64,000 bases of DNA from a virus (IMGVR_UViG_2675903055_000001:1-64000); one strand, 5' to 3'. Shown: positions 28,257 through 38,406, numbered from the stretch's first letter. Notes: generated by a model from the letters alone, not told the origin. Made by a program: numbers and translations.

Positions 28257-28715
28257 TCAGGCCGCGCCTCCGTTGATGAGCTGGAACAGCCGCTCCGCGG
28301 CGGCATCCGACATGGGGGCGGTCTTCCTCTTGCGGGGCTTGGCCCCCGGGCGTCGGATCGGCTCGGGCTGATCCGGCCGCTGCGACTTCTTCTCCGTGTT
28401 GACGCAGATCAGCGTGTACTGGAGCTGCGCCACCCGGTCCGCCAGCAGCGCCAGCAGTTGCTCGGCCTGCGACCAGCGGCCCTTCTCCGGCTCGCCCAGG
28501 TCCGCCTGCTCATCCAACTCGACGTCGGACAGGCTGTTGCGGATGGCGGTCATCGTGTGCGACTCGGGCGGCAGATGCTGGATCAGCACCCGCAGCCACG
28601 CCCACGTCCGCCGCCCGGCCAGCACGTCGGTGATGTCGTAGTGCCGGTCGATGAGGTCAGCTCTTACCGCCTCCGGGTGCTCCTGCCAGACCGAGACGGC
28701 CCACCGGATTTCCCC
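28257..28715 (-). CDS. Tail assembly chaperone, frameshifted (GT) extension
   Basis: Open -1 frame from slippery site: EIRWAVSVWQEHPEAVRADL...IQHLPPES. Confidence 0.75.
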   Translation of the reverse strand, partial: GEIRWAVSVWQEHPEAVRADLIDRHYDITDVLAGRRTWAWLRVLIQHLPPESHTMTAIRNSLSDVELDEQADLGEPEKGRWSQAEQLLALLADRVAQLQYTLICVNTEKKSQRPDQPEPIRRPGAKPRKRKTAPMSDAAAERLFQLINGGAA

Positions 28716-29020
28716 AGGTCCTCACCCCCGGCACGGGCCGCGGCCTCCGCGAACCGGCCGATCGCGTCCATGTCCGGGTCGAGTTCCTCATACACCTCGA
28801 CGTCGTCCTCGTGGAGAACGAGCGCCATGAACGCGTCCATGTCGCCAGAGTTCAGGGCACGGAACGCACTCGCGCGCCAGCGGCCGGCCGGGAGAGCCCG
28901 GACGTCCTTGGTGACGCCGTCGTAGCCGGCGAGGGGCACCGGCACGTAGGGGTCGTTCTCCTGCTCGGCCTCCGCCTCCTGCGCGGCTGCGGCGTCGAGT
29001 TCCTTCTTCGTCGTGGGCAT
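28664..29020 (-). CDS. Tail assembly chaperone (G)
   Basis: Between major tail and tape measure; ends ...EDLGKSGG. Confidence 0.82.
   Translation of the reverse strand: MPTTKKELDAAAAQEAEAEQENDPYVPVPLAGYDGVTKDVRALPAGRWRASAFRALNSGDMDAFMALVLHEDDVEVYEELDPDMDAIGRFAEAAARAGGEDLGKSGGPSRSGRSTRRR
28709..28715 (-). other. -1 programmed ribosomal frameshift site GGGGAAA
   Basis: CTG GGG AAA TCC; the -1 frame reads into the downstream chaperone ORF. Confidence 0.8.
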
Positions 29021-29113
29021 AGCGCGGGCCTCTCTCTTCCGGGCGCGGGCCAAAGGGAAGGTGGCGGGCCGGGCCCGCGCCAGAGGGCGGCCCGCCACCA
29101 GTCATGGGGCCCG

Positions 29114-29701
29114 TCAGGACCCGGTGTACTCGGGCGTCGCAGGCAGACGGTCCGCGTGGTAGACGGTGTTGCCCTCCGTGTCGGGATAGGCGGTGATCGT
29201 CCACTCGTAGCCGGCCGTCTCGTCCTGCTTGTGACTCACGTCCGAGCGCTCCGACACCTCGCCCTCGGGCACGTAGAACCCCTGCATGACGTTGCCGTCG
29301 ATGACGATGAACCACCAAGCGCGGCGGTCCGGCAGCGGCGACGCGGTCTCCGCGTAGGTCGTCAGCCCGTCCTCGTCGGGCGCCAGATCCGCCTCGGCGA
29401 TCCGGTACTGGATGGACTTGACCGTTGTCCGGCTGGTCTCCCACGCCGTCAGGCCGAACGTGCGGACGGACTTGGTGATGGTCGTGCGCCACGGCGACGT
29501 GTAGCCCCAGGGGGTGTACTCCTCCGAGTCCTCGTCGAAGCCCTGCGTCAGGCCGTCCTCCGAGATGCCGCCGATGGGCTGCCACAGCCCTGTCGGTTGG
29601 ATCAGCGGATCGCCAGGGGAGGTGGTTCCGACAGGCGCCGTCCATCCACCTCCGTTCGCACCGATCGCTGACAAGTCCGCAGCGCGGGTGATGTTGACCA
29701 T
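29114..29701 (-). CDS. Major tail protein
   Basis: GGISEDGLT...ITKSVRTFGLTAWET...GYEWTITAYPD. Confidence 0.88.
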   Translation of the reverse strand: MVNITRAADLSAIGANGGGWTAPVGTTSPGDPLIQPTGLWQPIGGISEDGLTQGFDEDSEEYTPWGYTSPWRTTITKSVRTFGLTAWETSRTTVKSIQYRIAEADLAPDEDGLTTYAETASPLPDRRAWWFIVIDGNVMQGFYVPEGEVSERSDVSHKQDETAGYEWTITAYPDTEGNTVYHADRLPATPEYTGS

Positions 29702-29776
29702 CAGGGGGTCTCCCAACATGCGAAAACCCCGCACACGGGCGGGGTTGGGTTACAGGTCCGGCGCGGGCCTGGCCGG

Positions 29777-30178
29777 TCAGGAGACCGGGTGAACGAACAT
29801 CTCGTAGGTGGCCCCACAACGGCGGAGCCCCGTGTTCTGGTAGGGGCGGATCGCGGGCGGCGGATCCGACCTGATGCGGCCCCACGTGGCGTTGCTGGTC
29901 GTGCTGCCCCGCAGCTCACCGAGGAGAGCGCCGCGGATCGTCGCCGACAGGGCGATCGCCTCACCGCGGGTGGCGGCGTACACGTCGATGTCGACGAGCG
30001 CCCGGTCCAGCCGGAACCCGTCATCACCGCCAGCCGGAAGCCGCTGCACCTGCACCGTGGGCAGCTCATCGAGGAGGAGGTTGTCGAGTTCGTCGCGCAC
30101 CACGACGCCGTCGCCGAGGCGCTCCTGCAGCCAGCCGATCAGCTCCAGCTCGACATCCACCGACCCGACCGCCGCCAT
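29777..30178 (-). CDS. Tail terminator protein
   Basis: Position and LPTVQVQRL..GDDG..DRALVDIDVYA. Confidence 0.75.
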   Translation of the reverse strand: MAAVGSVDVELELIGWLQERLGDGVVVRDELDNLLLDELPTVQVQRLPAGGDDGFRLDRALVDIDVYAATRGEAIALSATIRGALLGELRGSTTSNATWGRIRSDPPPAIRPYQNTGLRRCGATYEMFVHPVS

Positions 30179-30507
30179 CACCGGCCACCCGCCTGCGCCG
30201 CCCGCAGCAGCACATGATGCGCGTGGACACGTTCGGTGCCGTACTCCACCCACCGGGCATACGGCGCCGAGTTCCACACGGTGGCCACCGCACGGTCCTT
30301 GCGGCGTCCGCCGCGGCGCGTACTCGTCGAATGCCACGACGCCTTGTACAGACCCGGATGCGGATCCCACGCCGCCGTACCCACCGGGGAGATCGCGACC
30401 GCCGCGTCCTTGATGACGTCGGCGCGGCGCAGCATCTCCGCCTCAACCATCGGAGAGCGCAACAACTGACCGACGCCTTTCCGAGACATGCGGAACTTGG
30501 CTGCCAT
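30178..30507 (-). CDS. HK97 gp10-like neck protein
   Basis: NSAPYARWVEYGT motif. Confidence 0.82.
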   Translation of the reverse strand: MAAKFRMSRKGVGQLLRSPMVEAEMLRRADVIKDAAVAISPVGTAAWDPHPGLYKASWHSTSTRRGGRRKDRAVATVWNSAPYARWVEYGTERVHAHHVLLRAAQAGGR

Positions 30508-30540
30508 ACCCTCACCTCACCGACAACTTGGGGGGCGGGC

Positions 30541-30870
30541 ATGGAAGTCAAGGGCGTACAAGGCACGATCCGCTACGAGGACGGCTGGATCACCATCACC
30601 AAGAAGGAGATCGGCCAGCAGGCCCGGGAGTTCCGCATCCGCGCCGCCGACGTGACCGGCACCCGCCTCAAGCCCGGCACCTGGGCCACCCACGGCTATG
30701 TGCAGTTCGTGCTGCCTGGCTCCGCACCTGCCCCGGAAAAGGGTGGAGCGCTGACCGGCGGCCGACCGCCGCAGTCGGACCCGCACAGCCTGTCCATCCC
30801 CCGCCGCAGCAACGACGCCGCGCAGAAACTCGTGGCCGCCGTCGAGCAGGAACGCGGCATCAGCCCGTAA
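30541..30870 (+). CDS. DUF4429-like (PH-fold) protein, inverted moron
   Basis: MEVKGVQGTIRYEDGWITI...HGYVQF...DPHSLS. Confidence 0.7.
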   Translation: MEVKGVQGTIRYEDGWITITKKEIGQQAREFRIRAADVTGTRLKPGTWATHGYVQFVLPGSAPAPEKGGALTGGRPPQSDPHSLSIPRRSNDAAQKLVAAVEQERGISP

Positions 30871-31222
30871 CCCGATCCGCAGCGAACTGCACCGGCCCGG
30901 ACGTGCCCGTGAACGGAGAACGCCCCCAGTCGCCGGGCCAGCCCGTCACCTCACACACCTCGCCGCGAATACGGAACTGGTCGGTGGTCAGCACATCGGA
31001 ACGGGGCGGAGCATAGACCGTGAAGCCGACGATGACCGTGTCCCGGCCCTGCTGCTCCGCGCCGCCGACCTGCGGCGTCTCCGCCCGCGGGGCCACCACG
31101 CAGCCAGGCATCGGCGTCTCCACGAGCGGGCCCGGAATCGGCTGCCCGCGCTCATCCCGGCCCGGCGACGGGCCGCGACGCAGGCGCACGATGGTCTCCC
31201 CATACAGGTACGGGGCAGGCAT
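30860..31222 (-). CDS. Head closure (head-to-tail stopper) protein
   Basis: Position; DVLTTDQFRIRGEVCEVTG. Confidence 0.78.
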   Translation of the reverse strand: MPAPYLYGETIVRLRRGPSPGRDERGQPIPGPLVETPMPGCVVAPRAETPQVGGAEQQGRDTVIVGFTVYAPPRSDVLTTDQFRIRGEVCEVTGWPGDWGRSPFTGTSGPVQFAADRVTG

Positions 31223-31638
31223 CAGAGCCAGCCCCAGCCCGGCTCGTACTCCGTGGCGATCCCCTCGTCCACATCGACCGGATACGTCGGCGACGGATCG
31301 GCAGTCTCAGGGGTCGGGTCCACCGTGAACGCCCCCCCGCGGCCGGCCAGCGACTTGAGCGCCGCCTTGTCAGCCTTCGTCAGATACAGACCGCCAGAAC
31401 CCTGCGGGCGCTGCACCGACATCGGGCCGATCGTCTCGTAGGAGACCTGCGTAGGGTTGATGTACGCCCGACCAGCCGCCGCCAACACGACCGCATCGGC
31501 CTCGTCGGGCAGCGGTTTGACGACCGTCATGCACAGCCGTGCCGCCGTCGTGAGCAAGAAGTCGGCCCGGGGGCCACTGATCTCGTCCAACTGGAGGTAC
31601 ATCGCAAGTTCCTCCGCCGTGGGAACCGTGAAGGCCAC
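31222..31638 (-). CDS. Head-to-tail adaptor
   Basis: AGRAYINP..V..ETIGP..GGLYLT. Confidence 0.78.
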   Translation of the reverse strand: MAFTVPTAEELAMYLQLDEISGPRADFLLTTAARLCMTVVKPLPDEADAVVLAAAGRAYINPTQVSYETIGPMSVQRPQGSGGLYLTKADKAALKSLAGRGGAFTVDPTPETADPSPTYPVDVDEGIATEYEPGWGWL

Positions 31639-31657
31639 GACGCACACCTCCGCTCCA

Positions 31658-32692
31658 TCACACGAGACCTTCGACAGCACCGCACCAGGCCGTCAGATCG
31701 GCTGCAGGACCCAACTCGCGCGAGCGAGCCCGAGCCCTCTTGGACGCCAACCGGTACTCGGCCGGATCACCGAGCAGCTTGCCCAACACCGCTTCGTAGC
31801 CGTCCACGTCGAAGCGGTCCACGAACACGCCCGCCTCGCCGAGCGACTCGCACAGGCCCGGAGTCGGATGTGCCACCACAGGGATGCCAGACGCCAACGC
31901 CTCAACGCCAGCCCGTCCCCACGACTCGTAGACCGACGGCATCAGCAGCACCTTCGTGCGGGCATACACCCGCTCCCGCATCTCGGAGCCGTCCACGTGC
32001 TCGACGACCTCGACATTCGGCAGGTCCGGAAGGATCTGCTCGCCGTAGGCACCGCGCACGGCCAGGAACTGCTGATCCGGCATGCGCCGGGCCAGCGCCG
32101 CGAGTGTCGTCCCGCCCTTTTCCGCATTGCAGTTGATCAGCGTGATGGCCTTGCCGGGCTTCGTCGCATACTCGTCGGCGAACACCGGAGGCCGCACGAT
32201 CAGCGACCGCTCCGGCCGGACAGCCTTCGGATACTCGGCGAAGAACAACTCCGCCTCCGCCTCCATCCAGCGCGAGTTGTACACCGCCAGCGCCGTCTGC
32301 CCCGCCGCCGCATCCCGGAACGTGGGCCGGTGCGTGTTGTGACACACGACCACCATCGGCTTGCCGTAGCCGCGGGCCAGCGACGCCGTCGACGGAACGC
32401 ACTCCAGATGCGACAGCAGCACATCCGCCCGCCGCACAGCAGAAGGGAAATCCAGGCGCGCCTCCAGCGGCACGACGCGCACGCCCCGGTACTCGTAGAC
32501 CTCGTGTGCCTTCCCGTAACGGGACAACCACACCTCCACCTGATGCCCGCGCTCGACCAGCGGCCGCAGCATCGAGATCAGCATGTGCTCGGCGCCCGCG
32601 TTGTGCTCCGGTGGCGCGGCGTGCACGCGGGCGACGATGGACAGCGGCTTGGCTGCCCCGTCCGGCGCGGAAGCCGGGACAGCCCTGGCCAT
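31658..32692 (-). CDS. Glycosyltransferase family 4 (GT-B fold)
   Basis: NAGAEHML...PSVYESWGRAGVEALASGIPVV. Confidence 0.9.
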   Translation of the reverse strand: MARAVPASAPDGAAKPLSIVARVHAAPPEHNAGAEHMLISMLRPLVERGHQVEVWLSRYGKAHEVYEYRGVRVVPLEARLDFPSAVRRADVLLSHLECVPSTASLARGYGKPMVVVCHNTHRPTFRDAAAGQTALAVYNSRWMEAEAELFFAEYPKAVRPERSLIVRPPVFADEYATKPGKAITLINCNAEKGGTTLAALARRMPDQQFLAVRGAYGEQILPDLPNVEVVEHVDGSEMRERVYARTKVLLMPSVYESWGRAGVEALASGIPVVAHPTPGLCESLGEAGVFVDRFDVDGYEAVLGKLLGDPAEYRLASKRARARSRELGPAADLTAWCGAVEGLV

Positions 32693-33648
32693 CAGGAACC
32701 GCTCGGGGTGCCGGTGAACTTCACGAACGCCTGCGCGTCACCCATGACGAACCCGTAGTACGCCTCCGCCAGGAGCAGCACCAGGTTCTCCTGGAAGGCG
32801 GAGTGGACGCCGCCTTCCTCGTCCACGTAGGTGGCCTCGTTCGACACGCGCACGGTGATGTCCATGCCCACGCCGTAGGCGCACTGCGACCAGTCGCCGC
32901 CCAGCGCCCGCAGGCCGGAATCGACACTGGCGGACTGACGCCGCTGCTTCCCCGACACGCTCCGCGAGTAGGCCAGCGGCTCACCGATCAGCGTCCCCGC
33001 CGCCGCCATGTCCGTACCCGGCGTCTGCGTGTCCACCAGGATCGGCCGGCCGGTGGTGTCCGTGGCCAGCAGCAGCTTCGGCTTCAGCCGGTGATCCGCG
33101 ACGGTACCGGTGTAGTCCCAGTCCGCGTCGATGACCTCCTCCATGCCCGTCACCAGGTCGGCCCAGATGCCGCCGTTGCCCTGCGTCGCAGTGCCCAGCG
33201 TGACGCTGTTCGTCGTGGAGGCCAAGTACTCGGTGAACGGACCCGCAGCGCCCTTCATGGTCTTGCCGTGGATCGCCGCGTGGTCGAACGCGCGGGCGAA
33301 CGCGGTAGGCAGATCCTTCTGCAGTTGGCTGTAGAGACCCGCGGCGTTGGTGTTCGCGACCTCCATCGCCACCGGGATCAGCACCGCCAGCTTCTTCGCC
33401 TGCATCTGCTTCACGTCCACGCCACCGGTCGACAGGGGCTTCTTCGCCGCCTGCCCGACCCAGTCCGCGGTCGGCACGTCCATCGGGATCGGCACGGACG
33501 TGGTGGCGTCCAGCGCCAGCGGCGCCGGACGCGCCAGCGCCATGATCGCCGACTGCTCCACCGACTTCTCGAAGATCGGAGCGGTGATCGTGCGCGGCAG
33601 AAGCGCACCATCGATGCTGGACAGGGTGATAGGGGCCGTAGCCGCCAT
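32692..33648 (-). CDS. Major capsid protein (HK97 fold)
   Basis: KKLAVLIPV..E, AFARAFD, GDWSQ, FQENLV. Confidence 0.92.
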   Translation of the reverse strand: MAATAPITLSSIDGALLPRTITAPIFEKSVEQSAIMALARPAPLALDATTSVPIPMDVPTADWVGQAAKKPLSTGGVDVKQMQAKKLAVLIPVAMEVANTNAAGLYSQLQKDLPTAFARAFDHAAIHGKTMKGAAGPFTEYLASTTNSVTLGTATQGNGGIWADLVTGMEEVIDADWDYTGTVADHRLKPKLLLATDTTGRPILVDTQTPGTDMAAAGTLIGEPLAYSRSVSGKQRRQSASVDSGLRALGGDWSQCAYGVGMDITVRVSNEATYVDEEGGVHSAFQENLVLLLAEAYYGFVMGDAQAFVKFTGTPSGS

Positions 33649-33668
33649 GATCGTCTCTTCTCCCGCAG

Positions 33669-34328
33669 CTACTTCTTAAGCTGCGAACTCAGCCACCCGG
33701 CGAACTCCTCCGCCGGGTCGGGGGCCTTCGTTTTGTTGGCGCCGGACGCCTGAGTGCGATCCGGCGCAGGACGCCGCGGGCCCTCCTGGGGCTGAGGCTG
33801 GGGCTTGGCCCAGTGCGGCTTGCGCTCCAAGAGCGCATCGAGATCGGCCCTGATGGCCGCCTCGTCGATGTCGCCGTCCGAGTCGATGTACGAGTCGAGG
33901 TCCAACGCCCCGACTGCGTCCTCCGGGTCGGCGAACGTGTTCCCAGCGAGCGCCTGCACCTGGCTCTTCACGAGCCGCTGACGGGTCTTGGTGATCTGCT
34001 CGTTGGCCGTAGCGAGCTGGCCGGCGAGGCGCTCGGACTCGGTCTTCTCCGCGTCCTTGATCCGCTGCAGTTCGGCGGCCTTCGGCTCCAGTTCCTTCAG
34101 CCGCTTGCGAAGGTTCTCCGCCTCCGAGTTGGCCTTGCGGATCTTCGCCGCGGCGCGCTTCGCATCGAACGGCTCCGCACCCGACTCGCCCTGCGTACCC
34201 GCCTCCAGGGCGGTCTCACCGGTGTCACCGTCGGGGCTGCTCACTGCGTCGGCTTCCCCGGTGACAGCCGGGTCGGTGGTCTCCTCGACCTCGGCGCCGG
34301 GCTGCTGCTGCTCGGTCTCTTCGGACAT
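33669..34328 (-). CDS. Capsid scaffolding protein
   Basis: Acidic N-terminus, coiled coil EAENLRKRLKE; directly upstream of capsid gene. Confidence 0.85.
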   Translation of the reverse strand: MSEETEQQQPGAEVEETTDPAVTGEADAVSSPDGDTGETALEAGTQGESGAEPFDAKRAAAKIRKANSEAENLRKRLKELEPKAAELQRIKDAEKTESERLAGQLATANEQITKTRQRLVKSQVQALAGNTFADPEDAVGALDLDSYIDSDGDIDEAAIRADLDALLERKPHWAKPQPQPQEGPRRPAPDRTQASGANKTKAPDPAEEFAGWLSSQLKK

Positions 34329-34393
34329 GACGAAACGGCCCTCCTGGGGCATGGATGTGAATGAGAAAGGCCGCCTCCAGGGCGGCCGCGGTG

Positions 34394-35200
34394 TTACTGG
34401 ACGGGCGACGCATCGTGCTCGGCGATCGCCCGACGGAACAGGCGAAGCTGATCGCCCGGATGGCCTTGCGCGTACTCCCGGTAGATGCGGTCCCACCGAG
34501 CCGCCTGCGGAGACAACTCGAACCGCTGCCCCCGGAAGACACTGATGATCTGACAGGAGCAGTGGTCGTGATACTTCGCCACCGACGCATCGCCGGAAAA
34601 CCGGTCGTTGGCATCCCGACCGGCCGTGCCTGCGGACTTGTAGACCATCCCGCGTGAGGCCATCAAGCGGCAGAACGCGCAAGCGCCAAGCGCTGCGGCC
34701 CGCGCGTAACCAACAGCCTCACGGTCCCGCTGCACAGCCTGCCGCGTCGTCTGGCGTCCCTGATCCAAGACGAGCTTTTCCACCACCGCAGCCGTCTTCT
34801 TCTCCGCCGCAGCCAGCCTCACCTCGACTGGCTGTGCCTGCGCCGCCGTGGTACGCGGATCGTCCGGGTCCCGGGGCCACAGGTCCTTGGTGGCCCATCG
34901 CAGTGACGCCTGCGTCTGCTCCTGCGGCGGGCTGTCCGCGAGCGGCACGGTGAACGCACTGGTGACGTCGGCCGCGGCTCGCTGCGCCTCGTACACCTCG
35001 GCAGCCAACTGCGCCGCCAAGTCGCCGTACTGGCGCACCACCGCGTCGACCGCCTCCATCCACGGCGGCAACGTCGCACCCATCCGCGCGGGCACGAGGA
35101 GTCTCCGCAGCCTGCCCAGATCCCTGCGCAGCAGCCGCACCAGCCCGGCAGCAGCCTGACGGTGACGGGCGCCGTCCGCGTCAGAAACTCTCCTCGCCAC
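34394..35200 (-). CDS. Capsid maturation/minor head (MuF-like) protein
   Basis: ACAFCRLMASRG...YHDHCSC. Confidence 0.8.
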   Translation of the reverse strand: MARRVSDADGARHRQAAAGLVRLLRRDLGRLRRLLVPARMGATLPPWMEAVDAVVRQYGDLAAQLAAEVYEAQRAAADVTSAFTVPLADSPPQEQTQASLRWATKDLWPRDPDDPRTTAAQAQPVEVRLAAAEKKTAAVVEKLVLDQGRQTTRQAVQRDREAVGYARAAALGACAFCRLMASRGMVYKSAGTAGRDANDRFSGDASVAKYHDHCSCQIISVFRGQRFELSPQAARWDRIYREYAQGHPGDQLRLFRRAIAEHDASPVQ

Positions 35201-36653
35201 CGGTCACCTCCGGCAGACCTGCGGCCTCCCCCGTCGAGGCCGAACTGTCCTCCCCGCCGCCGAGCCCAGTGAGCCGATCCAGCAACTGGGCCCCGGCAAA
35301 GCGGCGCCGGTCGGCTGCGACACGCTGACGCTGCCCCTCCGACAGGCCCGCCAGCTCCAGCGTCACGTCGGAGTCGGCCGGCAGAATCCCGGCCTGCACC
35401 AACTTGACCGCAGCATCGGTCTGCGCCGCCACGGTCGGTGTCGCTGGGTTCCGCCACACACACTCGATACGCCGCTCACGGGGCGGCGCCTCCCCATCGC
35501 GCACCCACATGGCCAGACGCATCACATCCGCCCACACCGCGCCGAAGCGGCGAATCCGACGCTCGGCCTTCTTCACCAGCATCGCCTCGCTGCTGCGGAT
35601 CGCATCCGCAGAAGCCGGGTTGTCCGAGGTGTAGCCGAGCATGTGCGGCGGTAGCCCCAACTGAGTCGCCATGATCCGCGCATACAAGTCGATGATCTTC
35701 GTCATGCCAGTCGGGTCATGCGCCGCGAACTGGCCCACAGTCGGAAGGTTTCCCTCCTCGTCCCGCTCCAAGGCCAGGACCCGACCGATGTACGTCTCCC
35801 ACGCAGACTTCGCGTTGCCCTCCGCGTCCTGGAACGCAGACTCGGACGCGCCGAGGATGTAGCGCTGCGGAGCACCGAAGAACTCCGCCGCCACCTCCAT
35901 GCCCATCAACCGGCGGCACGCAGCATCCGTGATCGACATGACCTCCGGGGTGATCTCACTACGCCCCACCCGGTCCGCGGTCCGCTGACGATTCGCCATC
36001 CGCAACACCGGAGGCAACCCCAGACCGTGCATGTCCCGGTCGACGACCTCCCAGCCGCCACTGGGCGAAGGCACCGCATACACCGTCTGCTCAGGCCCGT
36101 ACAGCACCGTCAACGGCTCATCGCTGCGCGCCGGATCCAACCGATCCACGGTGCACTCCCGCAGCGCCGACGTCACCATCCGCAGACGGGCATCCCACTC
36201 CACCGTCATATCCAACGGAGACTCGACCGTGATCACAGGCGGGCAATCCCCACCCGGGCCGCACTCACCCGACCCGACCGCGATGTACTCCCGCCCATAG
36301 GTCAGCGCGTCCAAGTGCGCCAGACTCGCCTCGTCGAACAGATCGTTCGCGTCGGCGATCTCCCGCAGACCCTCCGCGTCCCCGCCGTCAGCCCAGCGGA
36401 ACGCCTCCAAGTCGAGACGCTGCTCCAGCGCCTCCACACCGATCCGCGGCCATCCGATGACCGTGTGCAGGCCCTTCAACTGCGGCGGGATGGAGATCCC
36501 CAGGTCCCGCACCAGTTGCTCACCGTTGAAGTAGGCGTCCAACAGTTGCAGATGCCACCGTGCCGACAGCAGGTCCTGCCGGAGAAACTGGATCTGCGCC
36601 AGCTCGTCCTCCGACAACGACACCAGCGGAAGCTCAGGGATCGTAGCGGCCAC
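35181..36653 (-). CDS. Portal protein (SPP1 gp6-like)
   Basis: GWPRIGVEALEQRL, AEFFGAPQRYILG, NPASADAI, WRNPATPT. Confidence 0.92.
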   Translation of the reverse strand: MAATIPELPLVSLSEDELAQIQFLRQDLLSARWHLQLLDAYFNGEQLVRDLGISIPPQLKGLHTVIGWPRIGVEALEQRLDLEAFRWADGGDAEGLREIADANDLFDEASLAHLDALTYGREYIAVGSGECGPGGDCPPVITVESPLDMTVEWDARLRMVTSALRECTVDRLDPARSDEPLTVLYGPEQTVYAVPSPSGGWEVVDRDMHGLGLPPVLRMANRQRTADRVGRSEITPEVMSITDAACRRLMGMEVAAEFFGAPQRYILGASESAFQDAEGNAKSAWETYIGRVLALERDEEGNLPTVGQFAAHDPTGMTKIIDLYARIMATQLGLPPHMLGYTSDNPASADAIRSSEAMLVKKAERRIRRFGAVWADVMRLAMWVRDGEAPPRERRIECVWRNPATPTVAAQTDAAVKLVQAGILPADSDVTLELAGLSEGQRQRVAADRRRFAGAQLLDRLTGLGGGEDSSASTGEAAGLPEVTGGEESF

Positions 36654-36666
36654 AGGTCACCGCCCT

Positions 36667-38406
36667 TCACCTGAGTACGACGACCCGGCCCTTACCGGCC
36701 GACCGCTTCTTGGCCCACGCGGGCGAGTTCATCAACATGCGGCGCAGCATCCGCGCCCCGATCGCACACACCGCGAGATCGATCTTCCGGGCGGACTCGC
36801 GGTGCTCCTTACCGATCGTGTAGCCCCACCTGTTCGTCCGCCGCCGCGCATTCGCGATGTGCTGCCGCAGCACCCGGTGCCCGTCGTGAGGCACCTGCCG
36901 CTCCAGCGCATCCCGGTAGAACCGGTCAACCGCCTCCGTGAACAGCGGCTGATGCTTCGGATCACGCATGTCCCACAGCACCGCGTGCTGCCGCGTACCC
37001 GAGACCACAGCCTTCAGCTTCAGGCGCTTCCCGTACCGCTGTGCCCACGAGTCGATGTAACCGTCCCAGTACCGCTCGCCGTCCGCGTCATCGTGGCCGG
37101 CTCCCGGGTCGGCGAAGAACGCGAGCGGCCGGTAGCGGGCGAAGGTCTGCTCGACCACGCCGTCGACCTCATCCCGCGGCACCCGCCACGGCCGATCATC
37201 CGGCCAGCCCGGCGGCTTCTGCCACACGCCCAGAGCAGTCACGAAACCGTCCGACACCCGACACGCCACCAACCCGGTGGCGTCATCGCTCTTCGACCCG
37301 TCGAAAAACAAGACGATCTCGTCTCGCTCGGCCAGCTCCACGCCGTCGACCTGGCAGGCATCCCACTCGTAGCGGGCCATGTACGCGTCGTCCGCGGCGA
37401 CGATCTGGTTGAACCAGAACCGGCGACTACGCGACGGCGGATTCCGCACATCCAGGATCGACGCCTTCAGCCGGTCGATGTCCAGCCACACGGAATCCCC
37501 ACGCACAGCCTTCAGCGTCGGGACGATCCACTCCTCCGTCAGCTTCGCCTCAGCCGGCGCCTCCAACGAGTCGTAGAACAGACCCGTATCGACCGACCGC
37601 CCGGACTCCGCCGACTCGAACGCCTCCCGAGTGCGCTCCGCCACCGAGTCCTCACCCGGCTCGTAAGCGTTCGTGAGAGCCAGGGTTCGCGACATTCCGT
37701 CCGCGCTCTTGGTCGAGTTGCGCTCGATGACCGCAGCCATCTCGTGCCCCTGATTCGAGTCCACCCAGTGGTGCGTCTCATTCAGCAGGACGAACGTCGG
37801 CCGACCGCCCTCCATCGCTCGCGGCGAAGACGTGACCGCCTCAACTCGAGCGCGTCCCTTGTCCGCATAGATGATCTCCTTGCCGAGATCGATGCGGTAC
37901 TCCTCGATCGCCCGCTTGCTGAACATCCCCGGGAAGAGCGTCATCGTCGAGCGCGTCTGGTCCTGCGACACCGCCGCGATCTGCACCCAGGCCGCCGGAT
38001 GCTGCATTCCGATCGGCTGCCCCGGCGGGATCCCCCACTCGTCTCCCTCATCCGCCACCTGGCCCGACGGCCGGCACGGGCCGACAAACTCGAACCCCGA
38101 CCACGAAGCCCCCAAGGGATCCTTGCCATGACCCTTGAGGCGTTGGATCACGCCGTCCCGGTACTGGAACCGCAACGTCACCGGGTCCAGCGCGTACCAC
38201 CACAGCGTCAGCCGGGCCTGCTCCGCCGTATACCGCCACGGCGCCCCGACATGGTGCTGGAGGTACGTAGCCGTCCACGCCAGCGCATGCCAGCCCAGCG
38301 TGAACTCCGGCAGCACGAACCGGCCGTCCCGGCCACGCCGCCAAGTCGGCCCGAGCGTGAACGGGGTGACGACCTCGGGGACGGCTTCAACTTCCGCGTT
38401 CATCAC
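36667..38406 (-). CDS. Terminase large subunit
   Basis: QRLKGHGKDP Walker A, LLNETHH, FFDGSKSDDATGL, KIDLAV. Confidence 0.93.
   Translation of the reverse strand: MMNAEVEAVPEVVTPFTLGPTWRRGRDGRFVLPEFTLGWHALAWTATYLQHHVGAPWRYTAEQARLTLWWYALDPVTLRFQYRDGVIQRLKGHGKDPLGASWSGFEFVGPCRPSGQVADEGDEWGIPPGQPIGMQHPAAWVQIAAVSQDQTRSTMTLFPGMFSKRAIEEYRIDLGKEIIYADKGRARVEAVTSSPRAMEGGRPTFVLLNETHHWVDSNQGHEMAAVIERNSTKSADGMSRTLALTNAYEPGEDSVAERTREAFESAESGRSVDTGLFYDSLEAPAEAKLTEEWIVPTLKAVRGDSVWLDIDRLKASILDVRNPPSRSRRFWFNQIVAADDAYMARYEWDACQVDGVELAERDEIVLFFDGSKSDDATGLVACRVSDGFVTALGVWQKPPGWPDDRPWRVPRDEVDGVVEQTFARYRPLAFFADPGAGHDDADGERYWDGYIDSWAQRYGKRLKLKAVVSGTRQHAVLWDMRDPKHQPLFTEAVDRFYRDALERQVPHDGHRVLRQHIANARRRTNRWGYTIGKEHRESARKIDLAVCAIGARMLRRMLMNSPAWAKKRSAGKGRVVVLR

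Noticed and set aside
24594-28925. 1443-aa plus-strand ORF and other long antisense ORFs (e.g. 20786-22732, 36802-38664)
   Set aside because: Shadow frames of real minus-strand genes, typical of high-GC DNA
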